Notes under the pieces: generated by a model
What the model was told of the DNA's origin: nothing
What the model saw: the letters and a program-made list of their open reading frames with translations, nothing else
Database searches by the model: none
Assembly: GCA_031409655.1 (NCBI GenBank)
Contig: JANNXQ010000166.1
Location: 1 to 34,898 of the forward strand
DNA from: Chthoniobacteraceae bacterium
GTDB taxonomy: Bacteria > Verrucomicrobiota > Verrucomicrobiia > Chthoniobacterales > Chthoniobacteraceae
Direction of reading: 5' to 3'
DNA: 34,898 nucleotides
Translations under genes and position numbers: made by a program
Part shown: piece after piece, positions 7,832 through 15,432 of the stretch
Layout of the letters: the number at the start of each line of letters is the position of its first letter
Numbering within the stretch: the stretch's first letter is position 1

Positions 7832-8746
7832 ATGGGTGCCAAACTCCAAGTCCAGCCTGCCAGCGCCGCGCCCTTCGAGGTGCCGATCGGCAACACGGCG
7901 ACCATCGGGCGCACCCGTGAGAACACCGTCTGCCTCCATTTCAGCCCGCAAGTCTCCCGCCAGCACGCCGTCATCCGCTGCCACAATGGCTGGCAATTTC
8001 AGCTCATCGACCTCGGCAGCCGCAATGGCACCTATGTGAATGACCAGCGTGTCGTCATGCCGGTGACGCTCCAAAATGCCGCGCGCATCCGAATCGCGGA
8101 CAACGTCATCGTCTTCGCCGAAGATGCCGAGTGCGGCGGCCAGGGCGACGAGCACAATGAGGCGACGATGGTCGGCTCGACGAATGCCTCAATCGCCGAT
8201 GCGCGGCCCGTGGCGTTGCTCGTCTGCGACATTCGCGGCTTCAGCACGATGTCCGAGAAAGTGGCGTGCAACGATCTGGCGCAGTTAGTCGGCGCGTGGT
8301 TCCGCGAGGCGGGGAATCTGGTGCATGGCAGCGCGGGTACGATCGACAAGTTCATCGGCGACGCGATGCTCGCCTACTGGGCAGGCGCGCAAGCCGGCCC
8401 CGCGGATTGCGGCGCGGCCTTTGAGACGGCGAAACGCTTGCACGCGCTGGCCGAGGAGCGTCGGTGGCCGAATGGCGATCCTTTCCACGTAGCCATCGCC
8501 CTGCACTATGGGCGCGTGACGTGCAGCAATGTGGGCCTCGCCGCCGCGCGCGACGCGACGATCATCGGCGACGCCGTGAACACCGTCTTCCGCCTCGAGG
8601 CCATGTCGAAGGAACTCCAGCGCAGCATCGTGCTCTCGCACCCCTTCGCCGAGCACCTGCCCGAAGGCACGCCGATGGAGGATTTCGGCGAGCGCGCGCT
8701 GAAGGGGAAAAAGCAGCTCGTGCGCGTCTTCGGCCTTCCGGGCTGA
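7832..8746 (+). CDS. FHA domain-containing class III adenylate cyclase
   Basis: FHA: IGR, VSRQHA, DLGSRNGTYVN. Cyclase: CDIRGFS, DKFIGDA, TIIGDAVNTVFRLE, LKGK. Confidence 0.92.
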   Translation: MGAKLQVQPASAAPFEVPIGNTATIGRTRENTVCLHFSPQVSRQHAVIRCHNGWQFQLIDLGSRNGTYVNDQRVVMPVTLQNAARIRIADNVIVFAEDAECGGQGDEHNEATMVGSTNASIADARPVALLVCDIRGFSTMSEKVACNDLAQLVGAWFREAGNLVHGSAGTIDKFIGDAMLAYWAGAQAGPADCGAAFETAKRLHALAEERRWPNGDPFHVAIALHYGRVTCSNVGLAAARDATIIGDAVNTVFRLEAMSKELQRSIVLSHPFAEHLPEGTPMEDFGERALKGKKQLVRVFGLPG

Positions 8747-8773
8747 ACGCTTCCTGGCGTCGCTGACCGGCGT

Positions 8774-10624
8774 TTAGCGCAGGATTCCTTCGAGCAGCCA
8801 GTCGTGAGTCCCGGCGGTGACTTGCTGTCCGATCTTGTAGCCAGAGCGGTCGGTGTTTTGGCCGATGCTGGTGAAGAGTTTCGCCACCTTGAGTCGCGCG
8901 GATTTGGCGAAGAAATCGGCCAACTCGATGGCTTCGGCGGTGCCCATCGCTTGAGCGCGGGAGCACGTCGCGGCGATGGCGAAAAGCTCGGTGCCGAGAT
9001 CGACGAAGCGGCCGAGCAGGACTTGCTCGCGCTCCAGTTTCGGGCCGTGCAGGGCCATGGAGTGGAAGAGGCGTTTGGCAAGTTTTCGAGCGGCAGCGGC
9101 GGTCCACTTCACGTGCGACTTGAGGCGTCCGTCGAAGTCGGAAATCGGCAGGCCGAGATTTGGCAGCCAGAGCTTGGGGTACCACCCGGCGTAGAAGAGC
9201 GTGGCTTTGCCGAAGGCTTGCGCGCGGATTCCGTTCGGGAGCTGCGTGTTCATCATCGGGCCACCGATCTTCAGATGCGTATCGAGCATTTCGCGGGCGA
9301 TGAAGAGGCGCATGATTTCGCTCGAACCTTCGAAGATGGTGTTGATCCGGCAGTCGCGGAGCAGACGCTCGACGGCGATGGGCTCTTCGCCGCGAGCCTT
9401 GAGGGACTGTGCGGTTTCGTAGCCACGTCCGCCGCGGATTTGCATGGCTTCATTCACATGCTCCCAGCAGCGCTCGGTGCCCCAGAGTTTGCACATCGCG
9501 GCCTCGAGGCGGACGTCGGCATGCTTGTCGCGATCCACGAGCGAGGCGGAGTAGAAGGTCATCGCTTCGATGGCGAAGGTCTCCGCGGCGATGCGCGAAA
9601 TCTTCTCAGCGATGGCGGCGTGTTTACCGATGGCCGCGCCCCACTGCACGCGCTCGGCGGCCCACTTGCGGACGATTTCCAGGCAGCGTTTCGAGAGGCC
9701 GAGGCACGCGGCAGGAAGCGTGAGCCGGCCGGTGTTCAACGTGGTCAGCGCGACGCGCAGGCCTTTGCCTTCGGCGAGGATGATGTTTTCGCGCGGGACC
9801 TTCACGTCCTTGAAATGCAGCACGGCATTGTAGAGCGCCTTCAGTCCCATGAAGCGGCAGCGATGCACGATCTCCACGCCGGGCGTGTTCATCTCGACGA
9901 TGAAGGCGGTGATCTGGTTGCGCCCGTTCTTCGATGGCGTTTTCGCCATTACGACGATCACGCCGGCTTTGATGCTGTTCGTGCACCAGACCTTCTCGCC
10001 GTCAATAATGAAGTGCTGTCCGTCCGGCGTCGGCTCGGCGACGGTCTCCATCTTCGCCGGGTCGGAGCCCACGCGCTGCTCGGTGAGCGCAAAGGCGGAC
10101 ACTTCGCCCGCGGCGATGCGCGGCAGATATTTGCGCTTCTGCTCGTCGGTGCCGAAGAGGATGAGCGGCTGCGGCACGCCGATGGATTGATGCGCGGAGA
10201 CGAGCGCGGCGAGATTGCCGCAATAGCTCCCGAGCATCACTGCGGCGCGGCAGTAGTTCGTCTGCGAGAGCCCGAGCCCGCCGTAGTCGTGGCCAATCTT
10301 GATGCCGAAGGCGCCGAGCTTCGCGAGACCCTCGAAGACTTCCGGCGGGATCTCGCCGGTGCGGTCGATCTCATCCGGATCCACCTTTTCTTTCAGGAAG
10401 GTGCTGAGCCTTTCGAGAAAGGCGTCGCCCTGGTCGCGATCCTCGGTACGCTGGAGCGGATACGGATGCAGCGCCTCGAAATCGAAGCGGCCCATGAAGA
10501 GCCCGCTGACGAAGCCTTCGCGAGTGACGTCGCGCGCGGCCTCGGTGAGCTCGAGCGCGGCCCGCTGCTCGGCGGACATCTTCGAGGTGTCGATGACGGA
10601 TGTGGGTTCAGTTTCAGTCTTCAT
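8774..10624 (-). CDS. Acyl-CoA dehydrogenase (long, VLCAD/ACAD9-like)
   Basis: AFALTE..VGSD, GEKVWCTN, LNTGR, QIRGGRGY and RINTIFEGSSEI; 616 aa with C-terminal extension. Confidence 0.92.
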   Translation of the reverse strand: MKTETEPTSVIDTSKMSAEQRAALELTEAARDVTREGFVSGLFMGRFDFEALHPYPLQRTEDRDQGDAFLERLSTFLKEKVDPDEIDRTGEIPPEVFEGLAKLGAFGIKIGHDYGGLGLSQTNYCRAAVMLGSYCGNLAALVSAHQSIGVPQPLILFGTDEQKRKYLPRIAAGEVSAFALTEQRVGSDPAKMETVAEPTPDGQHFIIDGEKVWCTNSIKAGVIVVMAKTPSKNGRNQITAFIVEMNTPGVEIVHRCRFMGLKALYNAVLHFKDVKVPRENIILAEGKGLRVALTTLNTGRLTLPAACLGLSKRCLEIVRKWAAERVQWGAAIGKHAAIAEKISRIAAETFAIEAMTFYSASLVDRDKHADVRLEAAMCKLWGTERCWEHVNEAMQIRGGRGYETAQSLKARGEEPIAVERLLRDCRINTIFEGSSEIMRLFIAREMLDTHLKIGGPMMNTQLPNGIRAQAFGKATLFYAGWYPKLWLPNLGLPISDFDGRLKSHVKWTAAAARKLAKRLFHSMALHGPKLEREQVLLGRFVDLGTELFAIAATCSRAQAMGTAEAIELADFFAKSARLKVAKLFTSIGQNTDRSGYKIGQQVTAGTHDWLLEGILR

Positions 10625-12722
10625 AAAATCTCCTGGGGTGTTTCACGACATCGGCGAGCCGGGCGCAGGGCGCGAAGTGCGGGCCGACGGTCTCGGCAAG
10701 CCGCGTGAGTTGCGTGGCGACGTGTGCGCCGCCGAGCCGATCCGCGTAGCGCAGCGGGCCACCACGGAACGGCGCCCAGCCGGTACCCATGACCATCGCG
10801 AAATCGACATCCGCGGGCTCCGCCGCGACGCCTTCTTCGAGACAGCGCGCGGCTTCATTGATCATCAGGAGCACCATGCGGTTTCGCAGTTCTTCCGGCG
10901 GCAATTGCGCCGCAGTCGCGCTGCTCTGCATTGCGACGACCTCCGTGTTTTCCACCGGGGCGTCGTCGTAGCCATGCACGTAGAATCCTTTGCCTGCCTT
11001 CTTTCCGAGCAATCCGGCGGCAATCATTTTCGGCAAAATTTCCGGCACGCGCATCCAGCCTGGGAAGGCCGCGCTGAGCGTCCCCGCGACATCGGCGGCG
11101 ATGTCGATTCCGACCTCGTCACAGAGCGCGAGCGGTCCCATCGGCATGCCGAAATCGATCATCGCGCCGTCGATCGCGGCCACGCTCGCGCCTTGGGAGA
11201 AAAGCGCTCCGGCCTCGATCATGTAGGGCAGCAGGATGCGGTTCACGAGGAAGCCGGGGCTGTTCTTCACGAGCACGGGCAGCTTGCCGATCTTCTGGAT
11301 GAAGCGCACGGCGCGCTGCGCGGTCTCGGCTGCGGTCGCCTTCCCGGTGACCACTTCCACGAGCTGCATGCGATGCACCGGATTGAAGAAGTGAATGCCG
11401 ACGACGCGGGAAGGATGCTTTGTCGCGTCCGCCAGTTCGCTGATCGAAAGCGCGGAGGTGTTCGTCGCGAGCACGCAGTCTTCACGCACGAGTTCATCGA
11501 GCCGGCGGAAGATCGTCTTCTTGATCTCCATCTTTTCGACCGCCGCCTCGATCACGATGTCCACGCCCTTCATCGGCACTTCGGTGGGCGCGGGCGAGAT
11601 GAGTTCCATTCCTCGCCGCGCCTCGCGTTCATTGAAGACCCGCCGCTTCACGCCTGCGGCATAGAGCTTCGCGACATGGCTCATGCCAGCCGCGACCCGC
11701 GCTGCATCGACATCGCGGAGGAGCACTTTCACCCCGCGCGTCGTCAGCCACTGCGCGATGCCGGAGCCCATGATGCCCGCACCGATGACGGCGGCACTTT
11801 TGACGGAGAATTTCTGCGCGCCGGCATCCACTCCCGGCGCGCTCAGCTTCTTCGCGCGTTCCTGGAGGAAGAAAAGATTGAGCAACTGCCGCGTTGAATC
11901 CGACGCGATGAGTTCGCCGATCGCTTCGCGTTCGCGCGTCAGCGAATCCGCCACGTTCCAGTCGCTCGCGCCTTTCATCACCACTTCCATCGCCTTCTCC
12001 ACGGCGGGATAGTGCCCGTGCGTTTTCGCGGCGGTGGCCTTGCGCACCTTGGGCGCGATCATGGCATCGACGACGGCATTCACCGGCGCGGAATGCATCA
12101 AGTCGTGGGAACGCTTGCCGCGCTTGAGCAACTCCAGAGCGGCGCGGAGCAGGTATTCGCGGGAGGCGAGTTCGTCGATGACGCCGAGCTTGAGCGCGTG
12201 TTTTGCGACGAGAGTTTTGCCGCCGAGGATGATGTCGAGCGCCTTTGGCACGCCGATCAGCCGCGGCAACCGTGTGCAACCGCCCCACGCGGGCAGGATG
12301 CCGAGCTGCGTCTCCGGCAGTCCGATCTTCGTGGCAGGATCCGGCGAAGCGACGCGCCAGTCGCAGGCGAGACACACTTCGTAACCGCCGCCGACCGCGA
12401 CGCCGTGGATCGCCGCGACACTCGGGATCGGGAGTGCGGCGATGCGGGTGAAAGCGTCCTGGCCTGCGGTGATGAATTCCTTCAAATCCTCCGCGTTCAT
12501 CTTGCGCACCGAATACAGGTCGGCACCGGCGACGAAAATCGCGTCCTTGGCGCTGATGAGCACGAGACCCTTCACGCCGGAGTCGGGCTTCTCGATGGCG
12601 GTGAGATGCTCGGCGAGTTCCGCGAGCGTCGCGCGGTCGAAGATGTTCGCGGAGGATTCAGTGCGGTCAAAGGTGAGCACGCACACGCCATCGGCGCGGA
12701 GTTGTCGTTGGATGTTACTCAT
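10614..12722 (-). CDS. fadJ: Fatty-acid oxidation complex alpha subunit (enoyl-CoA hydratase/3-hydroxyacyl-CoA dehydrogenase, FadJ/FadB-like)
   Basis: FVAGAD, GGGYEVCLACD, GLPETQLGILP, GAGIMG, TNTS, HFFNP and PGFLVNRIL. ATG at 12722 overlaps the thiolase stop. Confidence 0.88.
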   Translation of the reverse strand: MSNIQRQLRADGVCVLTFDRTESSANIFDRATLAELAEHLTAIEKPDSGVKGLVLISAKDAIFVAGADLYSVRKMNAEDLKEFITAGQDAFTRIAALPIPSVAAIHGVAVGGGYEVCLACDWRVASPDPATKIGLPETQLGILPAWGGCTRLPRLIGVPKALDIILGGKTLVAKHALKLGVIDELASREYLLRAALELLKRGKRSHDLMHSAPVNAVVDAMIAPKVRKATAAKTHGHYPAVEKAMEVVMKGASDWNVADSLTREREAIGELIASDSTRQLLNLFFLQERAKKLSAPGVDAGAQKFSVKSAAVIGAGIMGSGIAQWLTTRGVKVLLRDVDAARVAAGMSHVAKLYAAGVKRRVFNEREARRGMELISPAPTEVPMKGVDIVIEAAVEKMEIKKTIFRRLDELVREDCVLATNTSALSISELADATKHPSRVVGIHFFNPVHRMQLVEVVTGKATAAETAQRAVRFIQKIGKLPVLVKNSPGFLVNRILLPYMIEAGALFSQGASVAAIDGAMIDFGMPMGPLALCDEVGIDIAADVAGTLSAAFPGWMRVPEILPKMIAAGLLGKKAGKGFYVHGYDDAPVENTEVVAMQSSATAAQLPPEELRNRMVLLMINEAARCLEEGVAAEPADVDFAMVMGTGWAPFRGGPLRYADRLGGAHVATQLTRLAETVGPHFAPCARLADVVKHPRRFYED

Positions 12723-13939
12723 AGGGAATTCCTTTCCAGCCAGAGCGCGCCGCCCTGGCCGCCGCCGATGCACAGGCTCACCAGCGCGCGCTTGGCGTTG
12801 CGGCGGGCGAGTTCTTTCAGCGCGGTGAGGACGAGTCGCGCGCCGGTCGCGCCGACGGGATGACCGAGGGCGATCGAGCCGCCGTTCACGTTGAGCCGGT
12901 CGTGCGGGAGCGGGAGCAGTTTGTCGCAGGCGAGCACTTGCGCGGCGAAGGCTTCGTTGACCTCGACGAGATCGGCGTCGGCGAGTTTGAGGCCGCATTC
13001 CTTCTCGGCTTTCTGAATCGCGAAGACTGGGCCGAGGCCCATGCGACGCGGATCGCAGCCGGCGTAGGCGTAGTGGGTGAGGAAGCCGAGCGGCTTTAGC
13101 CCGAGGGCGGCGGCGCGGTCTTCGGTCATTACGAGCAAAGCGACGGCGCCGTCGGTGATCTGCGAGGAATTGCCGGCGGTGACGGTGCCGTATTTGTCGA
13201 ATATCGTGCGCAGACCGGCGAGCGCTTCCAGGCTGGTGTCGGCGCGCGGGCCGTTGTCTTTGGTCACGGCTTTGTCACCGATGAAAACCGGCCAAATCTC
13301 CTCGGCGAGCCGCGACTCGGCGGCGACGGCCTTTTGATGCGACTGCAATGCGAAGGCGTCCTGCTGCTCGCGCGCGATGCCATATTCGCGGGCGAGCAAT
13401 TCTCCGGTATCGCCCATGCCCAGGCCGCAGACCGGATCGGTGAGGCCCATCTTCAATCCGATGCGCGGCTCGAAATCCGTGGGGCGAAATTCGGAGAGTG
13501 CGCCGAGCTTCGCGGTCGGGCTCTTGGCCTTCGCGAGATCGGCGAACTTTGCCGCCGTGTCCTCTTTGAAGAGCATCGGCACGCGCGACATGCTCTCCGC
13601 GCCGCCGACCATGAAAACGGAGCCGCGTCCGGCGCACGCGCGCTCGTAGGCGGTGGTCACGGCCTCGAAGCCGGAGGCGCAATTGCGATGCACGGTGGCG
13701 GCGGGGACGTGCTCCGGGATGCCGGCGCGCAGGGCGATGACGCGCGCGACATTCGCGGAATCCATCGGCTGCCCGACGCAGCCGAAGATCGTTTCGTCGA
13801 TCAGTGCGGGATCGAAGCCGGTGCGCGTGAGCAGCGCATTCACGGCGATGCGGCCGAGTTCGTCCGCACCGAGCGTGGCGAGGTCGGTGCCGATTTTGCA
13901 AAACGGGGTGCGGAGACCGTCGATGATGGCGAGTTTCAT
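12719..13939 (-). CDS. fadI: Acetyl-CoA C-acyltransferase (3-ketoacyl-CoA thiolase, FadI/FadA-like)
   Basis: RNCASG, TAGNSSQITDGA, NEAFAAQ, GHPVGATG and CIGGGQG. Confidence 0.88.
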   Translation of the reverse strand: MKLAIIDGLRTPFCKIGTDLATLGADELGRIAVNALLTRTGFDPALIDETIFGCVGQPMDSANVARVIALRAGIPEHVPAATVHRNCASGFEAVTTAYERACAGRGSVFMVGGAESMSRVPMLFKEDTAAKFADLAKAKSPTAKLGALSEFRPTDFEPRIGLKMGLTDPVCGLGMGDTGELLAREYGIAREQQDAFALQSHQKAVAAESRLAEEIWPVFIGDKAVTKDNGPRADTSLEALAGLRTIFDKYGTVTAGNSSQITDGAVALLVMTEDRAAALGLKPLGFLTHYAYAGCDPRRMGLGPVFAIQKAEKECGLKLADADLVEVNEAFAAQVLACDKLLPLPHDRLNVNGGSIALGHPVGATGARLVLTALKELARRNAKRALVSLCIGGGQGGALWLERNSL

Positions 13940-15432
13940 GAGTGGGAAACGGGTTTGGCGGGCTCCACGGTTTTGGGCCGGCGATCGAGGACGCGCTGTT
14001 CCTTGAGCTGCGTGCCGACGCCTTGCTTCGTGCGCATTTCCTCGGCGGTGTGGAATTCGATGCGGTTCGGATGAATCTCGGTCTCCCGCGCGAAGTGTTT
14101 GCTCAGATCCTGGCGCAGCACGGCGTCGTCACACGCGTCGGACTTGGCCACATGCAGGATGAGTTCGTCGAGTTCGAGCGGATCGTCGTTCGCCTTGCGC
14201 AGCTCGAGCTGCCAGGTGCCGACGTGTTCCACGTTATCGAGGACATGCTCGAGTTGGTTGAAGTCGATGAGCGTGCCCTTGAGTTTATCGAGGCACATCT
14301 CGCGGACTTCGGAGTTGCGGGAAATGTCGCCGACGAGGCGCGGGACGATGGCGCCGCAGTAAGGACAAGGTTCATGGAAAAGGCCGCCATCGATGCAGTC
14401 TCCGGTGCGATAGCGCAGGACCACACTGCCGCGCGCATCGAGCGGCGTGAAAACGATCTCGCCCGGCTCGCCTTCCCCGCGCGGCTCGCCGGTCTTCGGA
14501 TCGACGATCTCGATGAGCGCGAGGTCCGGATGAATGTGGTAGCCCGCCGAACCGGCGTCCTCGTCAAAGGGACACTCGACCCACGCGAGCTTCGACTCGG
14601 TGAAGCCGTAAGTCCGCAGCACGTCCACCTTCTCCGCGCCGAGTTGCGCGGCGAGCCCGCGGAGTTTCTGCCGCATCCCGAGCGAGGCCTTCTCCCCACC
14701 GAGCACGATCTTGCGCAGGTTCGGCAGCTTGAGCCCCTCGGCGATCGCGCCCTGCAGGACGTGATACATGAAGGTTGGCACGCCGATGAGCACATCGGGT
14801 TTGATCTTCCGGATGAGCCGCAGATTGCCATCGGTCCCCATGGATTTTCCGCCGCCGGTATCGAGCACGAAGACGCCGAATTCCTTCCCCGCATAGTGCG
14901 TGAGCCAGAAGGCGAGATGCGGCGCAAAGGGAAACATGTTCAGCATCTTCATCTCACGATTCGTGGCGCAGACGCTCATCACGCGCGCGCCGCCGATCTT
15001 GAGATTCTCGATGTCGTGCTCCGTGTAGAGAAAGGGCACTGGCTCGGCAGAGCGGCCCGTGGTGCTGGTGAGCAGGAGCGGACGAAACTCGCGCTCGAAG
15101 CTCTCGGCCACGGCCGCGCGACCGCGGAGGAGCGCCTGCGCAATGGTCGAGGGTCGGCGCGCGAGCACGGCTTTATTGGGGATGAGCACGAATTCGCGGA
15201 CCGCTTCCGGCCCCGTCGTGAAACTCGCTTTGGTCGCAAACGGAATCCGGCGGAGATCGTCAGCGGTGCGCAGCGACGCGGGGTCGAAATTTTCCTCCGC
15301 AAAGACGCGCCGGTAGTGCGCCGAGAAAGGCCCGACGACCTCGCTCAGATAAGTGCGGAGGCGGCTGAGCTGCCAGTTACGCAGGGACCGCGGCTCGGTC
15401 GGCCACGGAGTGCGAAGATGACGTGGAGTCAT
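13936..15432 (-). CDS. Phenylacetate-CoA ligase (PaaK)-like AMP-forming acyl-CoA ligase
   Basis: DDLRRIPFATK, divergent P-loop TSTTGRSAEP, YGFTE, EIVDPKTGEP..GEPGEIVFT and LRYRTGD. Confidence 0.8.
   Translation of the reverse strand: MTPRHLRTPWPTEPRSLRNWQLSRLRTYLSEVVGPFSAHYRRVFAEENFDPASLRTADDLRRIPFATKASFTTGPEAVREFVLIPNKAVLARRPSTIAQALLRGRAAVAESFEREFRPLLLTSTTGRSAEPVPFLYTEHDIENLKIGGARVMSVCATNREMKMLNMFPFAPHLAFWLTHYAGKEFGVFVLDTGGGKSMGTDGNLRLIRKIKPDVLIGVPTFMYHVLQGAIAEGLKLPNLRKIVLGGEKASLGMRQKLRGLAAQLGAEKVDVLRTYGFTESKLAWVECPFDEDAGSAGYHIHPDLALIEIVDPKTGEPRGEGEPGEIVFTPLDARGSVVLRYRTGDCIDGGLFHEPCPYCGAIVPRLVGDISRNSEVREMCLDKLKGTLIDFNQLEHVLDNVEHVGTWQLELRKANDDPLELDELILHVAKSDACDDAVLRQDLSKHFARETEIHPNRIEFHTAEEMRTKQGVGTQLKEQRVLDRRPKTVEPAKPVSHS

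Noticed and set aside
9130..9165. Possible heptamer relic in the acyl-CoA dehydrogenase (LPNLGLPISDFDG)
   Set aside because: Periodicity is too weak to separate from chance.
12723..12998. ORF-track N-terminal extensions of FadJ (also of the esterase, sigma factor and MsrA)
   Set aside because: They overlap neighbouring genes or promoter regions and lack family similarity; downstream ATGs fit better.
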